In this document: positions 39,031 to 52,507 of the stretch, one piece after another
How the letters are laid out: the number at the start of each line of letters is the position of its first letter
Position numbering within the stretch: position 1 is the first letter of the stretch
Assembly (NCBI GenBank): GCA_963843555.1
Contig: CAWJKV010000016.1
Coordinates: 45,700-109,699 of the forward strand
Source of the DNA: an uncultured Methanosarcinales archaeon
GTDB taxonomy: Archaea > Halobacteriota > Methanosarcinia > Methanotrichales > Methanotrichaceae
Length of the DNA stretch: 64,000 bases
Reading direction: 5' to 3'
Made by a program: the position numbers and the translations under genes
Notes under the pieces: generated by a model
Told to the model about the DNA's origin: nothing
Seen by the model: the letters and a program-made list of their open reading frames with translations, nothing else
Database searches by the model: none

Positions 39031-40053
39031 ATGGGATTCAATATGTCACTACAAAAATATGGTGTACTGAAAGGAAAGGCAATCGAGACAAAAAAGGGAA
39101 CAGGAAAAACCCCGCATTTCCAGATACTGGTCAGCGATGACGAATTACTTTACCGCATCGCAGTAAATGTTGAGTCTCAGGAGCCGCCATCAGACGTTCT
39201 CTATTATGTGGATGAGAACTTCCATCATCCCATCATAGATCTTCTGGAACCAATGCCAAAAGGCCATCATCTATTGGATAAGAAACCGGGAGGCTCGGCC
39301 ATCGATTTCATCCGGGGCAACCTCTTCGACACATCTTTGATGAAGCCATTGCCATATGATATTCCGGGTGCTGATAACGATCTCAATGAATTGGTTCAAA
39401 AATACGTAGCCAAAGCAATTTCCATGGAGAGCAGTGCTATCTATGCATTTGGTGAGCGGTGGGGTCCCGAGAATGCGCGAGATGGCTATTTCGGCTTCGC
39501 ACCTGGCAATGGCATCCACGACATCCACATGAACCAGGGAAGCTCCGCCGCATTCATGAAGTACGACGGCGTATGGCAGGATGGCTGCCTTATCATCCAC
39601 TTGCCTGACGAAAATAAGTGGATCGGCATCTTCCTGGCGTTTCAATCCCAGTGCTTCCACACGGATGATGTTCAGGGCCATCGTATTCCCGAGGTATGCG
39701 ACAAAGTGCCGGTGCCGCCAAAACCCGGAGCTAAGAGCATATGCATCATTGCGGCTCTGGTAAATCCAGAGGGAGGGGACAAGGGATTGGAAGCGGTTAC
39801 TCTGCTCAATACCACTCCCAATGCGATCGACTTGACAGGCTGGTCCCTGGTGGATAAGAATAAGAAGAAAATGGCCTTGGGGGGCAGCATCAAAGCGGGA
39901 GAAGCTCTTCAAGTGGAACTGACGGGCAAGGATATTGAATTATCCAATAAAGGCGGAATTATTACCCTGCTGGATAAAAAAGGTCTGAAGGTCGACGGGG
40001 TGAGCTTTACCAAAGAAGATGCCTCTAAGGAAGGATGGACGATTGTATTCTAA
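39031..40053 (+). CDS. YukJ/DUF2278 family protein with a C-terminal lamin-tail-like domain
   Basis: YGVLKG, DFIRGNLF, GIHDIHMNQG, WQDG and IIAALVNPEG motifs. Confidence 0.85.
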   Translation: MGFNMSLQKYGVLKGKAIETKKGTGKTPHFQILVSDDELLYRIAVNVESQEPPSDVLYYVDENFHHPIIDLLEPMPKGHHLLDKKPGGSAIDFIRGNLFDTSLMKPLPYDIPGADNDLNELVQKYVAKAISMESSAIYAFGERWGPENARDGYFGFAPGNGIHDIHMNQGSSAAFMKYDGVWQDGCLIIHLPDENKWIGIFLAFQSQCFHTDDVQGHRIPEVCDKVPVPPKPGAKSICIIAALVNPEGGDKGLEAVTLLNTTPNAIDLTGWSLVDKNKKKMALGGSIKAGEALQVELTGKDIELSNKGGIITLLDKKGLKVDGVSFTKEDASKEGWTIVF

Positions 40054-40083
40054 TCCTTCCCCTTTTTGCAATAAAAAGAGAAA

Positions 40084-40110
40084 AGGCCGGAAGCTCCCGG
40101 ATATCGGCCT
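40084..40110. terminator. Inverted repeat between convergent genes
   Basis: AGGCCG...CGGCCT with an adjacent A/T tract. Confidence 0.35.
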
Positions 40111-41977
40111 TCAGATGAACTTTGGCCTCTCCGAGAGCTTCATGGACATGGCCAGTCTGCGATACGGCTTCCCTGCAGTCTCGGCATTGAGCCTTTTCCT
40201 CAAGTATTCAATTGTCATCCTGGACTTGGCGGCATTCTTGGGGGTGGAATCGGCACGGATGGTGACGTTCAGCTGGCCTGACTCCAGCTCCTCATCTCCG
40301 ATCACCGCCACATAGGGTATCCACTCGCGGCCTGCATCGCGGATCTTCTTGCCTACTGTTTCGTCCCGCTCATCAACATCCGTCCGGAATCCAAGCTCTT
40401 TGGCAATCTCAAAAGCCCGGGCCTGGTGGCGCTCTGCCACGGGTATGACCCTGACCTGCGTGGGCGAGAGCCAGGTCTGCAGCATAGGCAATTTACCCTC
40501 CTCCGAAAGACGAGCCGCCTTCTCCAGCAGAGCATACATCACCCGCTCGATGGCGCCGGAGGGAGAGCAGTGGAGCAGTATGGGCCGCTGCCTCTCCCCG
40601 GCTTCATCGATGTAGGTGATATCGTAGCGCTCAGCATTCTCGACATCAATCTGCACAGTCGCGAGGGCGCTGGCCTTGTTCATGGTATCTACAAAGTTGA
40701 ACTCGAATTTGAGGACGAAATAGAAGAACCTCTCATCCCACATCTCGATAAGGACCGGTTTTTTGACGATGTCCACCAGGCCCTCGATGAACTCCCGGTT
40801 CTCGCTGTAGAAATCCTTGGTGAACCTGATAGCCACCTCGTAGTCATCCAGGTCCAGACCCACTTCTTTCAAGAGGGAGATGCTGGCCAGGTACTGCTTT
40901 CTGAACTCCTCTGTGGCGGATGCCATATCGCGGGTCAGGGTATGCATATCGGGCATGGTGAAGGCCCGCAAGCGTCGAATGCCCACCAGTTCGCCACGCT
41001 GCTCGCGCCGGAAGCTGTATCTGGTGATCTCGAACATCTTCAGGGGCATGGACTTGTAGGAGATGGACATGTCGTGGCCCATGAGGAACTGGCCGAAGCA
41101 GGCAGCGAAGCGCAGGAAGAGCTTCTTCTTGTCCGCCTCGATCTGGTACTGCCTGGCCGGGAACCGGTCCAGGTACTTCTTCAGAGTGGGGTGCTCCATG
41201 TCGTACATGATGGGCGTCTCCACCTCCATGGCTCCCATGTCCGTGGCCTTCTCCAGGACCAGGTTCTCCAGCAGAGACTTCACCAGCCTCCCCTTGGGGT
41301 AGTAGCGCATGTTGCCCGGATCGGAGCCAGGCTCGTAGTCGACCAGCTCCAAGCGCCTCATGAGCTCCACGTGGGGCGGAACCTTGTCCACGGCTCTGGC
41401 TTTGGAGATCTCGTAGTTGGCGAACTTCTGCAGGTTGTCATGTCCCTTAAAGTCGAACTTATCTATGTCGACAAGGTTGCCATCCAGGTCCAGAACCTTC
41501 CAGTAGGAGACGGCTTTGGCCTCGGACTTGAGAGCCTCGGAGACCACTTCGCCCTTCGCCCAGCTTGATAGAACGGGAGAGCTCGGAGAGAGGATGGCCT
41601 TTGCAGCTTATGGTGAAGGACTTGTACCAGCCGAAGGGTGCGCGCATGACCTCATAGTCCCCGGAGAGGGTCTCTGCCATTCCTTTGAGGATTTTGACGG
41701 CCGTCGCAGGCGTGGAGAGGTTGGGGCTTAAGTGAGCATAAGGATATATCATGATGCGGCTGGCCTTGACCTGCCCGGCCACATCTGCTACTTGCTTCGC
41801 ACCCTCGGCTATCACCGCCTCCGGATCGTCCTCGTCGAACTTCTCCACAGCGATAAAGGCGCACAATGCCTCTTCGAGACGGCCTTTCTTGGCCGATTCA
41901 ACGACTTCTTCCGCCATCTTCGTGGGCCGCTTGGCCTCGAATTCAATAAAATCTGAGTGGATTAGGAGCAATTGCAA
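40111..41977 (-). CDS. thrS: Archaeal threonine--tRNA ligase (one frameshift near 41550)
   Basis: Editing domain ([32 protein letters not shown]) and catalytic domain ([30 protein letters not shown]) in two frames. Confidence 0.95.
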
Positions 41978-42642
41978 TAGGGGTCACCTGACTGGTCAAA
42001 GGGATAAAAGTGGATGTAATTCAATGTTTCCGTGAAGCTCACGGGATTCCCGTAGTTATGGAGAGAGATGATGCCAGTTTATAAAGAAATTATCCCTGCA
42101 TAATTCTGCCAAATGTGCGAGTAGAGGTCTACTAACTGTACTTTTTCTCGCCCGAGCAAAGTAGGCCGCGAGATTGACTGATGTGTCTCAATAAGAAATC
42201 GGTGCTAAAATTATATTGCCTTTTTCAGGTCTTCATTCATACGCGGGCTCATCTGCCAATAACTGTGAGCAAAAGGGCTGTTATCTCCATCAGGCCCTCT
42301 GCAATCTACTCATCGGTCTTATTTGCGTCAGACTCGTAAGGAATGTCCTGCCCTTCGGTCTTTGCGCTCCAAACCTTGCACATGAATATTATCTCTGGAC
42401 TCCTACTTTATACATAGTACCTCATACACCTTTCTCAAATTGGCCTAAATCGTCTTTTGACTAGCAACCCGTTCCAGTTACTATGAGAATTGCAAAGTTT
42501 TCTTGAGCGGTTTCTGATATCGATCAATTAATCCTATAGCTATCGATTCCGAAAATGTGGAACTTGGAGCGTAACATCAGGCAGGTCCATTCAACTCATT
42601 ATTTATAAAACTAATAATTTAAATTTAGGAGCGACCGGGTTT

Positions 42643-43251
42643 TCAGGACTTATCTCCTGCAAGGAATCCGGGCAACTTAGACCGCATATACGCCTCGCGG
42701 CGGTGGTTGGGACTGACTTTGAGGTATATGCTCGTTGTGGCCAGGGACGCATGCCCTAGCTGGTCCTGCACGTCGCCCACAGGTAACGCCGCTATCCAGG
42801 CTCCAGACGGCGAAGCTATGCCTGAGCATGTGATGGTGGACTCGATGTCTGTTCTTGCCTGCCTTGTCCTGACGCTTGACCTCTTGCAGACCAGCTCTGG
42901 TAGCTATGCCATCGAGGATATTCTGGGCCTGTCGGGAAGTGATGTGGCTATCTCGATAGCTCTGGAACAGCCAGCCCTTAGAACGCCCTCCGAGCAGCTT
43001 TGATATGGCCTCGGCGACCTGGGGGAGAAGAACCACCGTGCGCGCCTTTTTGAACTTGGCATTGATGACGGGGACATGCAGATACCCTTTGCTGAAATCT
43101 ACATCTTCGGCTCTGATCTGGGTCATCTCACTCACACGTAGGCCAGCTCCAGCCAGAAGGAGCAGTATACATCGCTCTCTCGTTCGTCCTGGGAGGACTT
43201 GAGCAAGGCGTTGAACTCTGCATGGGTGAGATGAGAAAAGGAAGACCTCAT
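42643..43251 (-). CDS. Tyrosine recombinase, catalytic domain only (two frameshifts)
   Basis: Reconstructed: MRSSFSHLTHAEFNALL...GLRVSEM...AKFKKAR...HMLRHSFA...QLGHASLATTSIY, giving the R-K-H-R-H-Y catalytic set. Confidence 0.88.
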
Positions 43252-43463
43252 TACTTTTAAGCGTACGTGGTCGTCGTGCCAATGTATATGCAATGTTAGT
43301 ATTATGGCCTAGAACTACTTGCTTCTTTTCAAGCAGAAGTCTAAGATGTTTATAATTGGGTAAAAATTTCAGGCTGTCATCACCACATTATCAACGAGAT
43401 TAGCATTAGGTCTCCCAACACCTTTATTAATCAAGTTACCATTTCCAGAAGGAGGCTTGAATT

Positions 43464-44207
43464 ATGGAATTCCTTGACATTATGAGCATCTCACACCGCT
43501 ATATGGAGATATTAAACCCTTCCACGCCTGAAAAAATCATCAAACTTGGCAAATTACTCAAATTGAAAAAGGGAAACCGGGTCATTGACTTCGGTTGTGG
43601 TTGTGCCGGACCCCTTACTCTCTGGGCGGAGGAATTCGGTATCACTGGTATTGGGATAGATATATCCGAGGATTTCTGCGACAGGGCTAGGCAAAAACTG
43701 GCTTCAAAAGGTTTATCTGACCGAATCGAAATCGTTTGCTCCAATGGGGCTGATTACGTATTCGAAGAAGGGGTTTTCGATGCCGCAACATGTATTGGGT
43801 CAACGTTTATTTTTGGCGGCTGCCAGCAGACACTCCAAGTACTGAAGCGAGCTGTTCATCAGAATGGACGCCTTGGTATCGGTGAAACCCACTGGCTTAG
43901 CAATCAGGTACATCCGGTATACGCCCAAAAACAGACAACTACCCATACAGAAACGGAACTAACTCAATTTACCCGGGATGAAGGCTTTGAACTCGAATAC
44001 ATCATTCGTGCCAGCTACGACGACTGGGACAGGTACATTTCGGATGGTTGGTATGGACTGATACGTTGGCTCGAAGAAAATCCCACCCACACTGACTATG
44101 AACAGGTATTCAAGCATTTCCGTACTGACCAGGATGATTATTTACAGTTCCAACGCCAATATATGGGTTGGGCCATGTACTGCCTCGCTCCCATGAAATC
44201 TCGTTGA
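43464..44207 (+). CDS. Class I SAM-dependent methyltransferase
   Basis: VIDFGCGCA and GIGIDIS motifs; AT-rich. Confidence 0.9.
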   Translation: MEFLDIMSISHRYMEILNPSTPEKIIKLGKLLKLKKGNRVIDFGCGCAGPLTLWAEEFGITGIGIDISEDFCDRARQKLASKGLSDRIEIVCSNGADYVFEEGVFDAATCIGSTFIFGGCQQTLQVLKRAVHQNGRLGIGETHWLSNQVHPVYAQKQTTTHTETELTQFTRDEGFELEYIIRASYDDWDRYISDGWYGLIRWLEENPTHTDYEQVFKHFRTDQDDYLQFQRQYMGWAMYCLAPMKSR

Positions 44208-44879
44208 CATGTAGTAACCTATGAAAATATTTTTAATTTACACTGCCTAGGCACACTTGTATATGCTACCACCCTAGAGCAGACTGCCTAAAATTTAAGT
44301 ATTTTTATATAATAAATTTCGAATAAAATAATTTCCAGCCAAGTTTATTTGTATTGGTCTTTTAGAATATTATTTCCGCATGCTAACCATGAAACTAGCG
44401 CGTAGAACCGGAGGGCTGCGCGCCGGATTCCATGAGATTTTTTAACTTTAACCGCTGCCGGTTATCCCGGCTGCGATATCCCTTCGGCCATGCCATAAAA
44501 TTTTTGCGAAATCTTCCAGATGGCGTCGATTATCCGCTCATCGCTTTGGGATTCGTCTGAGCGCGGAGATGGCGAGAAATAACCACCATAAGAGCAGGCC
44601 GAACACTGCCACCAATGAAATGATGATGTAAAAGTCCATAATCCTTTCAACTCTTTAGAGGCTCCATCTAGACCTCAAGATGCTCAGATAATTCTTAATA
44701 GCCATTGATGATATAGACGATTATGTTCAAATATACTCCTAAAATTAAGCACATTTCACTGAATCAACCAGCATCAACCAACCGAAATTATCTGCTAAAT
44801 AAAGGTTATACACGCTAATTTATACAACATTCAAGGCCCGTTATAAGAGGCCACATAATTTTATAAATATGCTTTTACC

Positions 44880-45209
44880 CTAGTAGGTCTGACGAGAGAT
44901 CGAACGCAAACAGTCATGGACGCTTGCGGCGACGGTGCCAAACAGGATGGAGAGAAAGCGATGGGGCAGTGGTTGCGAGATTGCATGAAATAGGCATCTG
45001 GTCCAATTATAGTCTGCTTTTTCGGCCAAGATCATTGCCGGCATTTTTCTTCTCGTATCGGTTGAGTCAAAGTCCCTGTCAAAGCTCACAAATATTAGAT
45101 CATTATTCTCGCCGCAACGTATTGAGATGCATTATCGAAATCCAGACCATGCTCTTTCATTGGCAATAACAAATCCCTTAGATCGGCAAGGCTCAATGAG
45201 GTAGCTCAA
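44880..45209 (-). pseudogene. PIN/VapC toxin remnant (internally deleted)
   Basis: Fragments MKEHGLDFDNASQYVAA and IFVSFDRDFDSTD directly downstream of the antitoxin remnant. Confidence 0.6.
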
Positions 45210-45430
45210 TCGCCCCCACCAATCCAGGGATTTTTTTTGCAATTCCAGAGAAGTATAACTTTCATTAAAATCGGCCAATCCACCTGCCCAGTCGAGCCGT
45301 AGCTTTTTGCGCTTAGGTTTGCTTTTTTTCCTCCTGGTATTGGGCGAAATCCTGGACCTCTTGCTGATGTTGGGAGGAAAAGTTTGGACATAAGATCGCG
45401 AATCTGATCCGTAGATATTTTCGGAGGCAT
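45206..45430 (-). pseudogene. DUF2281-like antitoxin, frameshifted
   Basis: QQEVQDFAQY...KKLRLDWAGGLAD..YTSLELQKKSLDWW across frames. Confidence 0.65.
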
Positions 45431-45799
45431 ATGACGGATATATTTCTATTCGCCTCCCATGAGGCATCTTATGACATGCAACTCCTACTGCCAGAACCGA
45501 GGACTTCCAGCAGTATGGCTTCATCCACATGGACATGGGCCACCTGGGCTGGGCTCGAATTTGCACGAGCGCATCGCGGGCGCGAGCGGCAACTGGCACT
45601 GGCTGCGACCACCAATCACCTTAATGATGGCCTGTTCCGCCCCGAACCCGACTCAATGCCGGGCGGGGACACAAACAAAGCACCGGAATTCACGCAGTGT
45701 CTGTCTTACGGGAACCCGTATCACCGCCAGATGCAGGGCCGTTTGATCGCTCTGCCTTGGCTTTGGACACCTGTACAAGGCCGGACCTTCAGACTTGAC

Positions 45800-46459
45800 T
45801 TACTTTTTTATTGGCTTTATTGGCGGAGGTCTGCTCACAACACCGGAATCGCTTACCGCTATCGACTTGGTCGCATTGTTGGTCGAATTGGTCTTTATCC
45901 TATTTATATTACTCTTGGAGAGATTTAAATTGCTTGTCTTGACCGCTACCCTGGGCATCAATACTGTATCAATTACATGGATCACGCCGTTCGTACAAAC
46001 GATGTCTGACTGAACCACTTTAGCATCATTTACCATGACGTCGCCATTGGAAAAACTGATAGTGAGATTATCTCCCTGGACCGTTTTGACCATCATCCCA
46101 TTCTTCATGTCGGTGGACATAACCTCGCCAGGAACTAGGTGGTAGGTAAGAACCGGAGTCAGTTGCATCTTATTTGCCATCAAGGCATTAAGCTGATCCA
46201 TTGGTATTTTTGCAAAGGCCTCATCTGTCGGGGCGAAAACCGTGAAGGGTCCATCTCCCTTTAAGGCATCGACAAGTCCTGCCGTCTGCAATGCAGCCAC
46301 CAGGGTATTGAAATTACCCGCCGCAATAGCGGTGTCCATTATGTTCTTTTCGCTGGGTGGCACACTTGGAGCAGCTATTGAATTTGATGCACCCATGCAG
46401 ACCCCAACCAACAGTGAAGCTGAGATTAGTAATGCATATAATACTACTTTTTTATTCAT
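45800..46459 (-). CDS. Secreted fasciclin (FAS1) domain protein
   Basis: FNTLVAAL, GPFTVFAPTDEAF, LTYH and NGVIHVIDTVL motifs. Confidence 0.93.
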   Translation of the reverse strand: MNKKVVLYALLISASLLVGVCMGASNSIAAPSVPPSEKNIMDTAIAAGNFNTLVAALQTAGLVDALKGDGPFTVFAPTDEAFAKIPMDQLNALMANKMQLTPVLTYHLVPGEVMSTDMKNGMMVKTVQGDNLTISFSNGDVMVNDAKVVQSDIVCTNGVIHVIDTVLMPRVAVKTSNLNLSKSNINRIKTNSTNNATKSIAVSDSGVVSRPPPIKPIKK

Positions 46460-46621
46460 ATTATATTTCTCCAATAGGGTAATTCGCTTATCAATTGTTG
46501 AATGTGAACGAATAAATAGATTTTGAGGTGAAATCGCAATCTTGAGGATGACCAAATATGACTACAATACGATTTAGCATCACCAATACAAGTTTTGAAA
46601 AAATTAGATCCTAGATCGGAG

Positions 46622-47230
46622 CTATGGCGAATTCAGAAATGCAGCTGCACCGTAGTACCAGGCATTTGCATCATATAGTTCGTCGCCGGTCGGATAGAAT
46701 CCGTTATAAGGCGTATAGATTCCGTTATAGGGCATATAATAAATTCCGTTATATGACATGCCGTAGGTCCCGTTGTTGTAAACCGCACTGCTGAGCGACC
46801 TGAGATCGACTGAACTACCATCCGGGAATACGCATAGGCTCACATCTCCGTAAGGCGTGTGTACATCTTGAACCTGGCCGCCTCGTGCATTACATGTCTT
46901 GGTCGCATCGGCAAGATCCAGTGCACTGAGTGGTGCATTAGCGTAGTAGGAGCTGGTGCTGCCAGTACAGTTTCCTGTAAAGAAGGCATGTGCATCGCAC
47001 CAGGCATTGTCTGCGAACTGGCAGATAGGTTTGCCGTTATTCAATCCTGGAGTCGTCGCATAGAGGTTCCCCGTGCTTACACAATAAGCTTCGTCCGGGC
47101 CCGAAGTATTTAAAACCTGGGCCATAACGTTCAGCGAACAAATACTGAGAAGGACCGCAACACTAAGCCATGCTAACTTGAACCATGATTTTCCGATATT
47201 GAAATTACCTGTCATCTTCTTCCACCCCAT
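46622..47230 (-). CDS. Secreted protein with DUF333-like Cys domains
   Basis: AYCVSTG...ICQF...WC and C...GG....LCVFPDG, with a Tyr/Asn-rich tail. Confidence 0.65.
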   Translation of the reverse strand: MGWKKMTGNFNIGKSWFKLAWLSVAVLLSICSLNVMAQVLNTSGPDEAYCVSTGNLYATTPGLNNGKPICQFADNAWCDAHAFFTGNCTGSTSSYYANAPLSALDLADATKTCNARGGQVQDVHTPYGDVSLCVFPDGSSVDLRSLSSAVYNNGTYGMSYNGIYYMPYNGIYTPYNGFYPTGDELYDANAWYYGAAAFLNSP

Positions 47231-48127
47231 TCAAGGCCTTATCGATCCAAACAGTGCCCATCTCCAGGGCGCTCCAATCATCCGGGATGATGACGCATTT
47301 TGAGCCTCTTTGGGAAGCACGATCTCCACTGGTGAGCCAAAGCTGTTGTAGACCGTGGACTCATTGATAAGGCTCATGATTTTGAATTCCGGTGAGGTGA
47401 TGTTCAAAATCTTCGGTGTAATGGTCAGGCTCGAGTTGATATCCAGTCTTTTCAGGATCGAATCATTCTTGGATATCCAGGCAGTCAGAACTATTCTGCT
47501 GTTGTTCATCAGGCTTGTATTGCTGATATCGAAAGTCCCGTTCTTCAGCTCATCAGGCAGTGCAAAGGGTGATGGGAAGTAAGCTGCCAGGAGCTGCAAG
47601 CCGGTCATTCCTGTATAGATCGACGGAATTGGCGAGCCTGAGATCTTGTAGTAATCCTCGTCCTGCATCTTATCCATGCCCACGATCTTCATGTTGGAGT
47701 ATTTGATGAGATTGACCTGGCCGGGAAGCTCATTGTAAGCCTGCAAGACTTGAGCCGCGTCGGTGACATTTAGCTGGGTCCAGTTCATACCCTCTTTCCA
47801 GTACTCTGAACCATTTATGAAATAGCCTTGCCAGGTGAGTACATCACCAGTCTCTTCATCAGTGAGGTTAGAGCTCCACCATCCACTCTTATTCACCTGG
47901 TCTACCTTACCGTTTGTGGTCTTGGATGCATCATATTCCTTGCGGAGGGAATCATTGGAGTAGATCTGCATACTCTCCGCTGACCTGGAATAGCTATAGC
48001 TGGTCAGATTTTTCGCTGAATTTTCGGCCGTCTGCTTCAATTGCTGGATGTTGACTTCCTGGGCGGTTGCGACCATGGAAGCCGCAAGAATTGCAAGCAG
48101 CATGATAAGTACTTTGTTAGATTTCAT
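47231..48127 (-). CDS. Secreted LolA/LppX-like (DUF6612-like) protein
   Basis: Signal peptide and C-terminal FGSPVEIVLPKEA. Confidence 0.6.
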   Translation of the reverse strand: MKSNKVLIMLLAILAASMVATAQEVNIQQLKQTAENSAKNLTSYSYSRSAESMQIYSNDSLRKEYDASKTTNGKVDQVNKSGWWSSNLTDEETGDVLTWQGYFINGSEYWKEGMNWTQLNVTDAAQVLQAYNELPGQVNLIKYSNMKIVGMDKMQDEDYYKISGSPIPSIYTGMTGLQLLAAYFPSPFALPDELKNGTFDISNTSLMNNSRIVLTAWISKNDSILKRLDINSSLTITPKILNITSPEFKIMSLINESTVYNSFGSPVEIVLPKEAQNASSSRMIGAPWRWALFGSIRP

Positions 48128-48701
48128 GATTTAACCTCCGGGAATATATAGTACGCGAATACTAATAAATTTATGCCTTAGGTTCTGCCAAGATACTGCA
48201 TTTAGAGACTATTGAATCCAGTACCGAAAATTGGTAGCCATTGCAATTGTTGCAGCAATGATGACCTGAATAGTTACTTGTGGCTTTGGGGCCATTTTGC
48301 AGGATTTATTGACTGATGCCAATGCGGCCTTGAGATCGTCACTGTCAAGTTGCTGCTCTCTACCACATTTAGAGCTCGACTGGCCAGGGATTTCAGCCTC
48401 TACACCCTTTAAAATAATGTTAAATCGCTTACTTGCCTCTATCTCCTTTTAATTCGATGCCTATATCGCGATCTTTTAGGGAAGTCAGAGTTTGGAAAGC
48501 TATTTCCAAGAGGGAGTCTATGAAAAGCTCCTCTATGAGGCTTAATAGCCGTGAATGCGAAAGTCTCATCTCCCGCACGTTCAGCAGGCAGGCATTTTGG
48601 GCCGGTCAATAGACGATTCGCCTTCAGAATAAAAAGATGTAAAAAGCAGTAGTGCTAATAAATGTCAGCTGAAACCGGAAAATTGTATAAGGACGACGAA
48701 G

Positions 48702-49211
48702 GTGATGGAAATTAGAATAATATACATAATATTGTTATTGCTGGTTTACGGATTTATAGACAGTTTGGCAGCTTCTCCGAGTAACTCTGCATGCCCAGCA
48801 GGCACAAACATCTGCAACGGAACTTGTACTGATACCAGCATCGATGAACTAAACTGTGGATCATGTGGAACCATTTGCCCTTTAGGGAAAGCGTGCATAA
48901 ATGGCACATGTGCGTGTTTTTCCGGTCAAACTCTCTGCAATGGGACATGTATTGATACGAGCTTTGATTTACGAAATTGTGGAGCATGTGGAAACGCCTG
49001 TCCCGCTGGGAAGGACTGCATCAATGGAAAGTGCTTATGTCCTGCGGGTCTAGCTTTCTGTAATGGGATATGTATCGATGTTAACAGCGATGAATTTAAC
49101 TGCGGCTCATGTGGAAATACCTGTCCATTGGACAATGTTTGCCTCCAAGGAAGATGTATGTCGCCTGTGGTGGTCTGCACCAATGAAGACTGCGAGGTTA
49201 TTTACCAATGA
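48702..49211 (+). CDS. Secreted Cys-rich protein with three 41-aa Stig1-like repeats
   Basis: C-x6-CNGxC-x-D-x3-D-x2-NCGxCG-x2-C-x5-C-x2-G-x-C repeated three times, 8 Cys each (48792-49160). Confidence 0.8.
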   Translation: MMEIRIIYIILLLLVYGFIDSLAASPSNSACPAGTNICNGTCTDTSIDELNCGSCGTICPLGKACINGTCACFSGQTLCNGTCIDTSFDLRNCGACGNACPAGKDCINGKCLCPAGLAFCNGICIDVNSDEFNCGSCGNTCPLDNVCLQGRCMSPVVVCTNEDCEVIYQ

Positions 49212-49407
49212 TTACTATCCCTCTCGAAATGCTTATCATTGCGCGTGAATGAATTAAATGTATTTCAAGCGGAGTTTTTGAATATCCTAAAAACTCTGGC
49301 CAAGATCTGAACATTCCGGTTCAGCGGCGGCAATATGCCATCCGCTAGAACAGGTTGTTAGCTGACCATTTTTTTTCGCCCTGTTGAAGCCCTCGAAGAC
49401 GTTCATA

Positions 49408-51615
<2,208 letters not shown>

Positions 51616-51961
51616 CTAATAGAATAACCGTGTTTCGCTTCCCATATAGCTAACATCGATTGCTCCGCCTGCTTGCAGTAATCATTCAACGCACTCATAT
51701 ATTCATCGTGAAAGATCGGCAAATTCGTGCGGTGGTCTTATCCCTATACGTAATCCAGATGCAGAACCTATATCGATAGGCATTATCCTAACGGAATAGC
51801 CCGAAGATTACCAGTAATATTATCTGACATCACTTCTGCTTCAGGGAGTTCATTTGATGGATATTGAGCAGGATGCAGGAGTGAACATGATCGATGTAGA
51901 GGTGAGAGCGATACATCTCTGTGAGAATTCCAAAAATTAAAAAAATCAAACTTCTAAAATA

Positions 51962-52452
51962 TCAACCCATCACTTTCGCGCTTTCTATCTTCACCTCTTG
52001 CACCGGCCGGTCCGTAGCGCCAGTCTTCACCTTTCCCATCTTCTCCACCACATCCGTTCCCTCGACGACCTTGCCGAAGACCGGATGAGCTTCTGTCCAG
52101 GTAGTTGTTGCCTACCAGGTTGATGAAGAACTGGCTGCCGCCCGTGTTCGGCCCGGCGTTGGCCATAGCAATGGTGCCGCTTGTCATTCTTATTGTGGCG
52201 GGTGAACTCGTCCTTGATGGCGTAGCCAGGTCCCCCGCAGCCCGTTCCCGTCGGGTCCCCGCCCTGAATCATGAAGCCGTCGATGATCCTATGGAAGACG
52301 GTGCCATCGTAGAATCCCTTCTCCACCAGCTTCTGGAAGTTGCCGGCGGTGATGGGCATATCATCGTAGAGCTGCGAGAGTGATGTCTCCCATGCTGGTG
52401 TTGAGCAATACCCTGGTCTTGCCTGTGCGAAGTGCCTTCTGCCATTCGTCAT
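51962..52452 (-). CDS. Cyclophilin-type peptidyl-prolyl isomerase (frameshifted)
   Basis: [19 protein letters not shown] and [16 protein letters not shown] in different frames. Confidence 0.88.
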
Positions 52453-52507
52453 CCTCTCTGCATTCGAATTATCATTCTGGCGAGAATCTCACTCGGTCAA
52501 TAAAAAA

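Noticed and set aside
41459..41570. Programmed frameshift or naturally split ThrRS (editing and catalytic genes)
   Set aside because: The two parts overlap in the linker as one gene with a single indel, and similar indels are common in this assembly.
42643..44300. Integron (intI, attI and first cassette)
   Set aside because: The recombinase lacks the IntI insertion, and I see no attC after the methyltransferase.
45564..45573. CACGAGCGCA matching the array core next to the decayed TA pair
   Set aside because: Only 10 bp match and the flanks do not align with the repeat arms, so chance is a sufficient explanation.
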